Under the pieces are notes generated by a model that worked only from the letters and a program-made list of their open reading frames with translations, was not told the DNA's origin and did no database searches. The position numbers were made by a program, and so were the translations under genes. 64,000 nucleotides of DNA from Mytilus trossulus (lineage: Eukaryota), in contig NC_086373.1 of assembly GCF_036588685.1 (NCBI RefSeq), positions 30,814,001 to 30,878,000 on the forward strand, given 5' to 3'. Below, in pieces: positions 47,611 to 61,860 of this stretch. How positions within the stretch are numbered: position 1 is the stretch's first letter; every line of letters starts with the position of its first letter.

Positions 47611-49949
47611 TCAAATATGAAAGTTATTGTGCAATACAACACCAACACCAGTGATGAACTCCGCAAGGGTTAAAAGTTCCGTCCATACATTAGACAACTG
47701 TCATAGTCAGTAAAAATCTTTGTGATAGTCTTATTTATCATGAACTAAGTGTTTTGCATTTATGAAGCATGCGTCCAAATTGCAAGAAAAAAAGATTTTT
47801 ATACTAACTGCATGGGATCGAAAGTAGCAAACATGTTTAACTTGGGCAGTTGACACTTAAGAATACAGACACAAAAATCATATAATGATAATCAATTATA
47901 GACAATCTGTACACGATAAAACGGACAAACAGGCAATATCACACACATTCGTCACTTGACCATCTACTAGATATACAATGCTAAACTAGTGGTACTGGCC
48001 TTATCTTCACAGGTAAACAAATGACATAATCACTGAAAACTGGTGTGCATTTTAAGATATGGTGATGGTTATTTTGATTTTGTGAACAGCTAACACTAGT
48101 TATATGGCTAACTGTTGGAAGAGTGTTATTCACCGAGAACATCCTTACTTCAGCATTCGGTGTTAATGTACTGACATGATCTATAACAATGTTTTCGAAA
48201 CTCCTCCCAGTTGATAAATTATAAAATTAACAATAATCTAAGGTGGAAAAGTTGACTTAACATGAATTTGGTTGGTTTTTTTTTTATATATCCATTTTGG
48301 TCTTATAGCTCCGAATGTTTCTACCTTCGTACACCACTTTGCTTTTCGATGGTTAACTTTGAGCGTTTGTTTGAAATGTCAACCAAGAAAAGCGTTCGGG
48401 ACTCATCAAATTTATGAAATGTTATCTGCATAAAAGAATAACACCAAGACGCTATTTTACGAGATAAGTCAAGGGAAATTATATATATGCATTACAATAC
48501 ATACGGCCTATCCATTTGACAACCTTGTAATGACTGAAGGGAAAAATCCTTTTGCGTCAAAATGCGTCCTTTTGCCCCACACCTGATTTGCGTCAAGTAT
48601 ACGTGTGTGGAGCTGTTTTTTTTAAATGCCGTGTATCATTTGCGCCAAATTTATTTCTTCATAAAAACCACCAAGATTTTACAAGTATGCAAAAAAAAAT
48701 CATAAACTTATTTGGAATTAGAAAAAAAAAAGTTTATTGAGATGCTTATGAATTGCATAATCATCAGCATATGTGGTCAATACTCAATCAGCAGAAACTT
48801 CTACTTTTTAATCAGTTTTTCAAATCTGGCAACAAAAGTCCTTAAAATTGAACTTGTTATTTTACCATTTTTTAACAATATCTGATGTTTTATTTCGGAG
48901 TATTATGTACGATAGTATATGTATATTGGCGAAAGTTCATTTTGTGAAAAGGCGTTATTGATACTAATATTTGACGCAAATGATAAATTTTTAAAATAGC
49001 CATTAACACAAAAGGACTGCTGCCTAATGAAATTGGTGCCTCGTTTTAGAATAATTGAATAATTGCATTCGCCTGTAAAAGTGCAGTGCATTTCATTTCG
49101 TTTCAACAAGTTAAGAAAAGTTTACCTACGCAGCTTTGATTGTTCTGCTAAGAACCTTTTGGTGTTTTGTCTATCAGATATCTTGGTCAGGATCCTACTA
49201 TGAAGAAGGTTGGTTCACAAAAACATGTTGTGCTCATGCCAATCATAACATATTGATGTGAGTAATTCATCTAAGTGAAAGTTAATTGTATAAGAACTGA
49301 ATAATGACATCTTATGATAAATCAAGGACAGTAATCATTTACGATGATGTTGTATCTTACAATATAAAGCTGATGAATTATCAGTTTCTCCTATGGAATC
49401 GTCCACCAAGTTTCCAGTGCTAATTATATTATGATCACGTGTTTAAATGATATTTTTTATCTGTGAATGTTCAGCTCAGACTATTATTTGTGCTGTAACA
49501 AAGGGTCTCCATTCCGCCAGCATAGTGTTGCCGCGATAAGCCTTTTTTGCTGATGCGTCGTATTTAGCAATCAAAACAATCTTTTTACAGTAACTCTTAA
49601 AACGTTTTCAGTCTTAACAAAATGACGTCTTAACAAACAGCCGACAACATACCACTACATAGGAAAACAAATACTGAGCAATGTCACCCAGCCCAGTCGA
49701 TATATACCGAGGTTATCTTATGTGATAAAGACTTAGAGTATCTTACTTTAAAAATTGTGTGTTGTCGTGTTGATAAATAATTCAAATTATTTGATGTCAC
49801 AATCAATTTACAGAGAACGATATTTTGTCTACGATAATTGAAATATTTATGTTGTCCCCATACGTGATGTATATATGCCATAACTTATTGTTCAAGGCCA
49901 TATGATTACATTTATATATATATTTGCTTAGAACTTTGGTTACCAACAC

Positions 49950-50045
49950 AAACTGACGGGTGACCTTGTTCACAGCAAGAGGCGATTGCCTTGCTGACGC
50001 AAGTGATGCCAGTACTTATGGAGTTTGTGCAGTTCCCTCGGTTGC
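49950..50045 (+). mobile_element. Possible tiny Ty3/Gypsy RNase H remnant
   Basis: Translates to DASTYGVCAVPS, resembling the DASxYGxGAVL motif. Very short. Confidence 0.3.
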
Positions 50046-51270
50046 TGTTTTTCGGTAAACTACTGTTGTCTTTTATTTATCCGATCCATTTCCACAAAAT
50101 AAACGTTAGTAAGACCAATCATAAATAACCAACAAAACTATTTATTTCTATTCTTAAAATATCACATTATTCAACAATACATTATTTTAACAGTCATAAT
50201 AGCATAACAAAAATAAAACACACTTCATATTTTGGGAATGCAATTCTTTCGTTAAGTATTTTTTTTATTCTATTTTTTAACATGTTAACCACCACACTCA
50301 TGATTTATATTGATATCTTGTTGCAAGCAAAATCCTATACATGATCTATTAAAAAGTAAATCAGAGTTAGATATTTAAAGATAGTCTTAGATACTATGCA
50401 TTTAGTGCTCGTTAAACTACAGCCGAAAGTCGAAAAATGATACATGAATCAATTATATTTCCAGAGATCAAGTCACTAGAAAATTAAATAAAACAGAAGT
50501 TTTAAATGTAAAGAATGTATAAAGTGCATGTTAAAAATCCTAAGGATGAACCGCTTTAAAATAAATCCCATAAATATGCATGCTATACACATAATATGAA
50601 TCATATTCCAGACTTCAATCGTAAATAATATAAAGTAATAGGCACATCAAAAAAACAATATTTAAAAAAGAGGGAACAATAAATTCAGTTTCTCAAAGTC
50701 CAAACTTCTTATATTCTCAAGTAGAGAAAACACAACATACAAATTGAAATAAATAGGCATAAAACTCATATTTTAGAGAATAAAAATGGCACGGTAGTAA
50801 TTACTCTCAAGGAACTTTTCTATTGTGTACCCCTATGTCAATGTATCTGAAGAGAACACTTTGATAGCATCTACTGTAGGAGGAATCTAGTGTAAAAATA
50901 TGTGAAATAATTTTACTACAGGTTTTTGAATGAAGGCATTAGTAGCATACCGCTGTTCAATAGTCATAAATCGATTTGACTGAAATAAATCCGGATCACA
51001 GACCATAAATGAGGGAAACACGTCAACTATAAGAGGGAAAAACGGAACAACAGAAACATTTTAATGCTACAAAAACAAACGCCATTTGCATTTGATACCA
51101 ACTGTTTTATTCTTGACTCTAAGAAAAATGTGGCTTCGTCAAAAAATGCCATACTAAAAATTCTGCTAAAATAAAGACATAACTAACGTGTCAGGAATGC
51201 AGTAATTGAGCTGTACTAGTGGCCTAAGTTTCATTAAAATAGCAGAAAAGGTAAACGGTCATCATACATA

Positions 51271-51477
51271 CTGTGGATTCATTTATTTTCGTGGCTACCA
51301 ATTTTCGTGGATTAGGGAAAACTTGCATGTTAGAGGATATCTAATTTCGTGGTTTTGATGAAGTCTACATACAAGCCTTTAGAAATTTGTCATTCCTTGA
51401 ATATTTAATTTCGTGGTTCAACAGTAACCACGAAATCAACGAAAATTGGTATCCAACGAAAATTAATGAATGCACAG
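51271..51477. mobile_element. TA-flanked MITE (Tc1/mariner type)
   Basis: TA|CTGTGGATTCATTTATTTTCGT...ACGAAAATTAATGAATGCACAG|TA with internal TTTCGTGG repeats. Confidence 0.8.
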
Positions 51478-52316
51478 TATTCTATTCATTTCCGAATATT
51501 TTAATGAAGATACTTCAGCTGTGTGTTTAGGTTCTGAGTCAGTGTTACAAAGTGGTCGAAATTCATAAAAGGCTATCATTATCCCTATGGACTAGAAAAT
51601 AGTACCGTGCCACATTTAAGTTGTCTCCCTTCATACAGTAAAATGAAATAATACAGTAAGACAAATAAACTTACAGATGGATAGGAGCCTCAATGAATAT
51701 TTGTGTAATTATAAAACTGCAAGTATTAAAGGCTGCAACTTCCCTTAGGTGACCATAGACTCTTTTTCATTTTAGCGGATGCCCTTTTGATTTGAAGGCC
51801 ATCCAACCTTTTATTTTTTCTCCTAATCATAACAAAAAACAGGAATTTCGTGTTACAAATTATTTTAAAAGTACATGTGTGTTAACGTTATGGCGTTAAT
51901 TAAAAATAATATCACCCTTATATAATAGTACAATTTCGTCAATATCTTTACAAGAATTTACTAGTAACTTCAGTGATATAACTTTTGGTATCGACCAGGT
52001 TCTGTTGAACTAGTGTATTGCTATACGGAAATTATATAATTCATTTTTCAACAGATGGAGAGACAATTATTCATATTTTAAATCTTAGCACAACTCGATA
52101 AAATATTCGAAAAACCTCACTACTACACAGAACAAAACTTGTATATAAATGTAACCAACAAAGTATGATAAGAATACAACTTATCACCAGAATATAGTTT
52201 TAGTATGGCATATTTCTGAACTATCTTTAATATTACATTAAGACAGTAAACTATTGCGGAGTACAACTTATATAAAAGGTTTGATGCTTAGTTAGTACTT
52301 TAATATCTTAGTGCCT

Positions 52317-55300
52317 CTACTCCTTTGTATTTTGCTCGTTAAATAAGGCTCCAAATTTATCGCAATTAAATTTTATAAACGGTATAGACTTGTAGCTTAC
52401 AACTGTGTCATCCAGAGTTACCGTTTTGCAATAATCTGACGAACTATTTCTGTGCAATAGCATTCCAGTGCATGGTTTATATTCTGGTGGCTTAGACCCG
52501 ACAACAAGACATACGGGAGAACACAGTCGTCCGCAAGAATCATGCGCAGATATATGAGAGGATGAATTATCTTTATTCGATATGGCTATGTTAAGCCTTG
52601 AGGTTGCAAATGGATTGTTTTTATCCATAACCACAAAGTCTAAATATTGACCACTATATGATACACCATTTGATCCAACATAGATATCAATTGTATTCTG
52701 GTCTTTCTGTTGACACTCGTGATGTGTAAGTTGTTTTTGATTAAGATGTCCAAAATCAAGAATATCAGGTTCCTTATAGGAGGGGTGTAAATGGTCAGCA
52801 AATGTGCCATAGAAAACTTGTACAGTCACAAAACACCACAAGTCTAATTTTTGTTCTCCATCAATCACAAAATCATGCGGAATAGCTTTTTCTATATCAG
52901 ATTGGAAAGGAATATGTTGAGAAATGCACCGCCAATTTTTCGTGTCGCATTTCAGCCATTTTGATTTGCACGTAGGCTGGTCTGGAGTGCAAAAAGGCGA
53001 ATATTCATAACTATAAACATGATCTGTCCAGTAATCCGAGTAACCATGTATATTTCTAAAATATCCAAATGGTTTCATATCAATTAACGGATGATGTTCC
53101 CCGTAGGCAGTCCTAGGATAATCAAACTCGGGGTTTATCCCCTTTTCTTTTTGTGACATTCTAAAAAGAGACCAAAGATAATCTATAAAGGCATGGTGAA
53201 CGTAAAATAATGGGTCGTCTGCAGATGTATCAATCTCTCCCATTTGTCCCCCGATCCAGTCATGTACATCGTTGTGTGCTTCCTCTAAACAATTAGCATC
53301 ATCTGCCGTTGGATAAGTAATGTCTTTTGTTCGAGTCTGACTTAATATATTCGCTGCATACTGGGTAGATATCGCAGCACCACTTCCGCTTATATTTCTG
53401 TGAAGTGGACCAGTGTTTGGTCCAATAAAATCTCGATATGGACCAGTGGTAACATAACCCATATTATTTCCTGCAAAATGTTCAGAAAACATAACGGATT
53501 GTTCTGGAATCATCATGTTACTATCAAGAGTAGAATCCCAATATGGCAGGATAACTCCAGGGACCATTTCTTTTATAGCCATTTCAAATCTGCAAATAGT
53601 TCGAAATGAAAAAAATAAAAAGACACCACCTTTGAAATGTATTTTTAATAAATTTTAACCAGTCATTTTGTGTATCTATTATTTCACTGTTGTATACTGA
53701 ACGACCTTAGAAACGCAACACTAGATTATTTTTGTGTTATTTTTTGAATGAATGTGTCAACGTCAAAAGCGATGAATGCCTGTTACTAACGTTAAAATGA
53801 TTGTCAGAAAGGTCAACAAATTCTGTTTGACATTTTTTGGGTTCTGTTTTACACCTCCTGATTTTGCATTTGTTCAACCCATAAATTGGTTTTGGCAATT
53901 AATCGGTTGGAACTTGAGGGCTTTACAGGTTTTCCTTCAGTCAATTCTTTGGCAATGCAGTTCATGGGAAACATTTATGGCATGAATTTGTACTCAATGG
54001 CACTCGGCAATTCGGTTAGCAGTTGACGCTGCGGCCGTAAATATGATTGGCAAATGACGTTGCATAATCAAATTCTGTTGATGTTTCATTGTCACTTCAC
54101 GTTGATCTGTTCATTAATGGCCAGCAACAAATCTTGTCTACTTGTATCGTTGTCAGTCGGAAGGACAGTAGAACGAGTTTCTGAAGTCATACGGTATTGC
54201 ATCACATTTATGTTTTCATGATTGCAGTATTCTTAAGGGCTAATTCAGTTCTTTGGTTTTTTTTTATTTCTCTGACTTGGCAAAATGGAGATGCAACATT
54301 AAAAAAAAAAGTAAGTAAGGCAAAGGATTGAAAGAACTGTTTCACAAAGCAAAAAAACTGAAACAATCTTTCATGGGGCCAAAATTTCGCTTTGAGAAAT
54401 TCGTGCGACTTCAAAAATTCGGTACGTTCAATAACCACAGGTAAGTCAGATTTTGATTTTTTTGTAAGGAGAAAGAAGCATGATAAGCATGAAAAGTAGT
54501 TGTAAGAGAATCAAAAAAGATTTGGTTAAAAAAATCAACAAAATGAGTGTTGCGTTTCTACAGTCGTTCAGTATACTACTCAAAAGCTATTTTGTTTTGA
54601 ATGTCGTAATACCATTTTCAGAATAATTTACGAGCAGCCTTAGCATTTGGTTAAATAATTATTTTAACCAGAAGATAAAGGCGTCTGTGGTCGGGCAAAT
54701 TGTAATCATCTTTGAAAGATGCGTCGCGATATTTAAAATATGAATATATTGGGCTTTTATGAGGGAAAAATCAACTTTTATTAAGTAAATTAAATTTTTA
54801 ACCAAAATAAATCAATATTTGTACCATAGCAGTAAATATTTGACTGCTACGATGCCGAATACCTTTCAAAATTGAAGAGCTTCTATTCCATGTCCAATAC
54901 TAAGGTAAAAAGGTCATTCAAAACATAACTCACAACACTAAGAATATCCTGTGCCAGCCTGGAAAACTTGGTCCTCTGTGAGCTGAAGGGGATACTGCAA
55001 AGGTATGGAGGTCGGCTAATGCATCGTATTTGTTTGGTGGAACACTCTGTTAACAGGTTAGCAAGCATATAATATGACATTGTATTAACAACAGAAACTG
55101 TCTTTTTGACAGAAACTAAAAGCTTTCAATGGCCTTTTTTTGGCTCACCTGATTGAAGGATCAGTGTCATAAATATTCAATCTCCATAGTTATTCTATTA
55201 AACTTACTGAGGTGAGTTGAAGTCATTGATAAAAGTTTTTTTTTGTTATAAACATTGGTGTTTTTTTCATTTCATCCTATGTGCTATAATTATGTTGGGA

Positions 55301-55791
55301 AGTGATATTTTTATCAGTATTTGTGTGTGCTGCCTCTTTTTCTCTGCGTCCTGGTTGTTTGTGATAAGAAAATGTTGATAAGCCATTTATACTTAATGTA
55401 TATTATAGGCATAAGGTAACACTGAAAAACTTACAGTATCTTGTTTTAGCATCCGAACAGCTTTATGAAAATCTTCTCTTTCTCTGTCTGTTAATCGTCG
55501 ATATTCCTTCCTTATACTTTTAGAGATTCCCAGTGGTTTCATTGTAAAAAATGGTGACAACAGTCTGATGACATATTCATAGATTTTAGGCCTTATTGAA
55601 TTAGTGTAGTTAGAATTATTCTCCCAGTTGAAAAAATCCCAACAGAATTTGTGTACTGCCGCTTGTTGTGTAGTGATTCGGTCGTCAAAAGTTTTCAGAC
55701 ATTCTATCATGGCCTGTGGAAGATCTTCCTGTATCAACGTTGATTCCGTCTTCAGAAAAAGAAGCCACGATAAAAGGATGAACCAAAGCAT
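52317..55791 (-). CDS. Tyrosinase-like type-3 copper protein C (secreted), 580 aa; exons 55791-55435, 55046-54934, 53589-52317
   Basis: 357+113+1273 = 1743 nt in frame (phases 0 and 2). Signal-like MLWFILLSWLLFLKTES, RKEYRRL, CuA (DLH, SAHRG, FPGWHR), LPYWD, CuB (EAHNDVH, DPLFYVHH). The ATG directly follows an acceptor TTTTCAG, so an upstream exon exists. Confidence 0.92.
53695..54573 (-). mobile_element. Internally deleted Tc1-like element in the last intron of Tyr-C
   Basis: TIR TACTGAACGAC..TAGAAACGCAACACT at both ends, flanked by TA. An internal - strand remnant (QRHL..FTAAASTANRI) resembles the Tc1 N-terminal region. Confidence 0.8.
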
Positions 55792-57748
55792 CTGAAAACA
55801 TGTCTTGTAATTAGGGTTCATTTCTATAAAAACTACAAGTTCAAACCTGCTGCATATTCATGAGACTAACCAAAATCAAAAATCCCGTCGTTGTCTCGCG
55901 TTATATTAATAACAATGTTGTGTTTTCTTACTTAGATATATTTGCATCATTATTGGCAGATAGCTTTAATTTTTCGTATTTGAAATACCTTGCGATATTT
56001 ACTGGTTTCCCATATTATATATGCATTATTCTATAATGTTTTATTTTTCTATTTTCTATTTCAAATCCACATAGATCCTTGCTATAAACGGTAGTAAAAT
56101 AAAATTAAAAAAATCTATTTCTGTAAGTCTATACATTTCCATTGCCGAAAACTGTATGGTCTTTTCTGGATGTTATTCGATAATGTATTTCTTTGACGGT
56201 ATGATAACTCATTGTCACTCATACCACATCTTCTTATATCTATATAACTTAAGATGCATATTCATATCTTGAAAATTGGTTAAGCGTCATTATGAAAGGT
56301 ATGTCCATCGATTAAAGCTGAAAAGCTCAAAATCAAAAAGCGTTTCTAATGTATTTATTTTACATTAACGCATTTTAAAGCATTATTTGTATAATTAGAT
56401 TTATAATTTTTTTAAATGTAAATGAATTATAAAATCCCATTGATTTCTAAACATGAATGAAACAGTTAGCTTTCTTGTTCACTTCCTGAAAACCTTGTAG
56501 CAAAGAAAGTTCCGAAAAGGTGAAGCTAAATGGATGCAAATAAACTTTTATCAAAAGTTACTCTATTTTCTTTTTTTTTAAAGTCTAATACTTTAAGTTT
56601 ATCTTTCATTGACGGATTTTGTTTGCAATGCTATGTTGATGTTAATGTAAAAGTGACGTCAAATTGGACTGTTTTAACAAAGAATTGGTCTGAACTCGCT
56701 GATACAGATCAAGCGGTGTAGGTTCAAATGTTATATAATGCCGAAATTCATTATAAAAATTTGCGATTACAGGTACATAATACATAGTCTGCCTTAATTA
56801 TTAAATCTGTTGGTAAAATGAATTTTGGCAGCTTATAAGAAAAAATACGGATAAGATAATGAAGAACAAAATACATTTTGATAAAAAAACTAAATCGCAT
56901 GCTGGTTTTTATTAGAAAAAAATATGAAGATGGGGCACAATTGCCAAATGAGAAAATTCTGCACGAATGAACAAACATAGAAGATATTAATTAATGAAGC
57001 ACCTTTTTATTGATAAATATGTGGAACTCTAATGGTGTCCGACTCTTACTTGACAGCTGAAAGTAAAGTTTAATGTAGGAAATTAAAACATCTGTACTGA
57101 TTATCTTAAGCACATAATTGTATATATATTTTCTCAATATATTTTTGAATTGTCTCAAATTATTTCTTATCGGAGCCGCCTTCTATATTATGTGAGTTTT
57201 GTTTTATTGTTAAATACCTTATGATAGCCTACAGTCCTTCGGTCACGGGTAGAAAGTGTTGTGTTATGGTAATCATACCACACCATATCTTATTAATATT
57301 AATACTTATTTTCATTTTTGGATAGCTATCAACACACCGTAGTAGTTAAGTACCAGTCTTTGTAAGAATCAGGCAATTTAGGTAAAAATTAAAACATGAT
57401 CAGAAAAAACCCACCGAGCTAATCATTCTATTTAATACTAACCATCATCCTGAGTTAAAAATTATTAGTCTCTTGTTTGTGTGTGTCTGGTAATATCAAA
57501 TAACTTGGTTAGAATATTGGTTAGAATGATAGCAAATTACAGAGTTATCTCCCCTTATTTGTTAATTTCTAGTGCATTTCAACCAAATTGTATCTTCTAT
57601 TACCAGAAGAGAAAACAGAAATGAATGCTATTTTTGTGCATAACTACATATTATGAACTGAAATCAATGTCAAATTGGGTGGGTTTTTTTGGTCATGTTT
57701 TCATCACTGCCTGATTCTTAGGCAGACTGGCACTTAAATAACTCTTAC

Positions 57749-57987
57749 AAAATCTTTAAAGTGATATTGTAGATAGGCTGGTGTTTTATAGGACAACCTT
57801 TTAATGTTTGTGTCATTTTGGTCTTTTGTGGATAGTTGTCTCATTGGCAATCATACCACATCTTCTTTTTTATATTTGGTTAATTGTGTTGTTGGGCTGC
57901 TGCATAAAATCTTTAAAGTGTTATTTTAGATAGGCTTGTGTTTTATAGGACAACCTTTGGTTTTTTGTGTTGTTGGGCTGCTGCATC
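57749..57987. repeat. Local ~80-bp tandem duplication with a retroelement tail inserted in the first copy
   Basis: AAAATCTTTAAAGTG...ATAGGACAACCTTT and TTGTGTTGTTGGGCTGCTGCAT each occur twice. Confidence 0.75.
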
Positions 57988-58089
57988 CTTGACGTTTACC
58001 CCTTTTTTTCTGTCGAATTTCTTCAGGACACATTTGATTAATTGGTGATCAATCAAAATTTGATAGCATCTCTTTTTGCAGTCGCTTAC

Positions 58090-58327
58090 ATTGAGTGTGT
58101 AAGTAAACGCTATAAATATCTTTGGTAAGCTAACTTGGAAGCTGAACCGTGAAGTCATTATTAGGTAAGGTACACTCCCTCCTTTCGAAGTGGCCTTGTC
58201 CTGCACACAGATTGGTTGGTTATCTGACTCTTAAAAGAGGGAAATTACCTAAACTAATAATGACTTCGCGGTTCAGCTAGAAAGCAAGCTACCAAAGATA
58301 TTTATTACATTTACTTACACACTCAAT
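58090..58327. repeat. Long imperfect inverted repeat (foldback, ~80-bp arms)
   Basis: ATTGAGTGTGTAAGTAAA...GCTGAACCGTGAAGTCATTATTAG versus CTAATAATGACTTCGCGGTTCAGC...TTTACTTACACACTCAAT. Confidence 0.8.
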
Positions 58328-58899
58328 TCAATCAGCTGTAATAAGTTTAAATTACGTGGCATGATCTTAAGATAACTTTGTATTTCGTGATATCATGGGT
58401 ATGAGATGACTCAATTATATGTTATCATTGCTGCATTTTTTTTTATTTTCAAGCAGTCTTATGTGTCATTTATCATGTGTCTAGCTGGTTTTTTTTATAT
58501 TTCCGATAAGATGAACTGATTATACTACACAGGCAAATTTTGCATTAACGAATAACACGTAAAATAAACGTGAATTTCACTGAAATATTCATTTGAATAT
58601 TAAGGGAATCGAGTTTATACATAAAATTCACGTTAAATACACGTGAAATTATAGTGAATTGCGCCTTCACCTAAAATTCCCATGATATTTTTCGTGTTAT
58701 TTAGAAATTAAAAACATCAATCGAGCATCTACGTGTAATTCACATGAAAAACTGAATGTGAAAAACATTTGAAGAAATTCACGCGAAACTAACGCGAAAT
58801 GCGTGTGAATTAACGGGAAATCAAAATGAGCCAAAGGTTATGTAATACGGATATAGCAGATACATTTGATTTTATTATTACAAATGTCATTATTAACAT

Positions 58900-59050
58900 T
58901 ATCATTATTTTTAAGATAATAATAACGATAATAGTAAAAAGCAATAACAACAATAAGAATTAAACCAACAGCAACAACAATAACAACAATAATATTAACA
59001 AGAATAACAGCAATAAAAACAAAAATAATAAAAAATTATAATAAAATTAA
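58900..59050. repeat. Degenerate (AAC/AAT)n low-complexity tract
   Basis: Seen directly. Confidence 0.8.
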
Positions 59051-61090
59051 AAAATCTGTTTGTTTAAGTACATCTGTATGAAATATATAAATACTTTTAT
59101 CAATATTAAAATTCTAGTAAGATAACAAGATTTTCGTTATCCAAAATGAATGAAATTTATTGTTCCACATGTTAATATCTGGCCAAAAACGAACTGACAA
59201 GACATCGAAAATAAAAAAACGAAATTCCGCCTTAAAATATTTATTTACCTTATCTAATCGAAAGCAATAATCTGCTTTATTCCGATTTAATTTCAAAATT
59301 TAAATCCATGCCATTTATTATAGTTTGCGTTATTTCAGCATTTCCAACCCACAATATATAACTATAATGTTAAAAAAAGGAAACAAAGTTTTATCGATAA
59401 ATGCAAGATGTTTCAAAGTCTATTAGCTAAGTTATTCGTACGACTTTTTAAGAAGTTATAAGTATATTCCACGTCAGAGGGTTTCCTTTACATCTTATTT
59501 TAATTTTTCACATTATTTGTAATTATTTGTATATTTATATAGAAATGTAACATTCACCATATCAAACATGTTCAATGGTTCATACAAGTAACAATTTAAT
59601 CTTAAATGTTGGAAACAAATTACTATGGATTTTCAATTTTGAATTGCTTAAATGTTTCGCATGTGGGGTCTATTTGGAACACATTGTATAAAGGAATAGT
59701 AGCATTAATTGTTAAACAGAAGCAAGCTCGAATTGCTTAACTTATCCGGATATAAAATAGCTGTATAAATACAGTATACAGTATATATACAAGAACGGGA
59801 GACACTATTTTGTGCCATGCCCAGACTTCCAATGCAGTAATAAAAAAAAAGGGAACAAATACATTTGGGAAGTTTTGGTTAAAACTAATGATGAGCGAAT
59901 TGGTGTTAATCAAACATACTAGTAAATTCACAATGATTGAACGACAACTATGTATCCAAAACCCTTTTCACTACAGTATGGCTATTAAGCATGGACATCG
60001 TCAGCAGTTGTTGTATGTCAATTTCTAATGTTTTCGGTATGTAGAGAATTTGGTGTAAATGGGATATCTCTTTTTGTTTGTTCTGAATTTAGTTACAACA
60101 TGTATGGATTCGGGACAATTTAGAGATTGATATATTGTTTGAACCTGTCTATAAGTGAACATTGAATGTTGCTCTCTAGATGTCGTTTGGTTGTTTTTGT
60201 CGTTGTATTGCTGTCTTATGGATGTAACCCTTATAATATGCATATCAAAATACAAGTATAGATATAACTTCAGATTTAATTCCTGTAGGTTATTTACACT
60301 ATAAATCTCTATATTTCATTTTGGATTACATTTATGATAAATATGTTTCTTTGCAAATATCTGTTGTATAATGTCCATATAAGAAATTACTTTTTTGGGA
60401 CCAAAACACACTTTTAATGTCAGAATTAAAAATAAATGTTAGGGTTTGTTAACCATTATATGACAAACCTTATGAATGTTAATGTTTCTACAGGCTTGAA
60501 ATACACATGATATCTCCAAAACATTCACTTAACAGTGCAATCTGTTCTTTTGCAAATACAGTGTATGTAAAGTGCGGATCCTAAAATATCATTTTTACTG
60601 TATATGCCATAAATGTCTAATGTAGAATGATAAATAAACAGACGAACTTTTTTTAATTTTTGAAGAAAATGAAGAAAATTCGTTAAAATGTATATGTTCA
60701 GAAATATATAATACTAATAAAACAAAGTAAGAGATGCGAGCGGGGTTTTATCGCGCCTAAAGCCATCAAGCTGTGAAATATATACCAAAATAAGTGAATA
60801 TTTAGGACATTTCACGAACAGATCGTGCAGGTGCTTTATAACTAACAGGTAAGATGTTGTTGCAGTAAAAAATATTCATTTTAATACAATTAATAAAGTT
60901 GTATAAAGTAGAATATGTTTTGTCATTCAGTTTCTTCATATTTAACTAAATTCCACTATGATGATTTCGTAATGCTAGTCATGTTTACTGTCGAATAATG
61001 ATACTATTCTTTCATTTTCACTGTGGAGCGAATCATTAGTATTGTATATGCGGTGCATTTTCACTGTATAATTTATTTATTTGCATCTAT

Positions 61091-61334
61091 TACAGCTCAT
61101 TTCTTTAAGCATGTAGAGCAAGACTTTAGTTGACTTGCTTGCCTTTCTTTTTTTGGATAATCATTATGATAACACCCAATTTAATTCAAATATTAAACAT
61201 ACAGGTTAAACTATGCCTATTCATATTGTTTAAAAAGGTCAATCTTATTTACAAAGTTTGTTTAAACAATTAAACAAACAAAGCAAGCAAGCCAACCAAA
61301 GTTTTGCTTTACATGCATTAGGAAATTAGCTGTA
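61091..61334. repeat. Imperfect inverted repeat (foldback MITE-like)
   Basis: TACAGCTCATTTC...GCATGTAGAGCAAGACTTTAGTTGACTTGCTTGC versus GCAAGCAAGCCAACCAAAGTTTTGCTTTACATGC...GAAATTAGCTGTA. Confidence 0.75.
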
Positions 61335-61860
61335 AAGCCTCAATTTAGCCGACTTGCTCAAACAATAGATAAAGTAAGAGAAAGCTTTGATAAAATTTAA
61401 CTTACGGAGGAAAGTTTGGTTTTAAAACACTCTAATAAATTCAATAGAAATAACATTTATTTCAAATGTATCATCCATTTAGTTTCTTATAAAGCATATA
61501 GGGATCTTTATCCTTATTTTTTTATCCATTTCCATGACACTTCACCACTAATTACGTACATCTTGATATAGATTGAACCTCTGTTTTCCCGATTAAAAGG
61601 TTTTACACTGGAGCCGTTTATAACTTGCTGTTCAGTTTGAGCCAAGACTCCATGTTGAAGACCGTATTTGACGTATAATGGTCTACTTTTATAAATTGTG
61701 ACTCGGATGGAGAGTTGTCTCATTGTCACATACATGTTCGACATCTATATATGGATCAAAAACGAAACGAGACGGGATAAAAAGGGATAAAAAAATCCAC
61801 GTTTCTTTTTTAATATATATTTATAATGGGCTTAATATGAGTCAGAATAGAGTAAAATAG

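Noticed and set aside
55792-55821. ATG at 55821 (MNPNYKTCFQ) as the Tyr-C start
   Set aside because: The segment ends in a typical acceptor TGTTTTCAG, and the signal peptide starts at the ATG at 55791. The other two paralogues also have an acceptor at this position.
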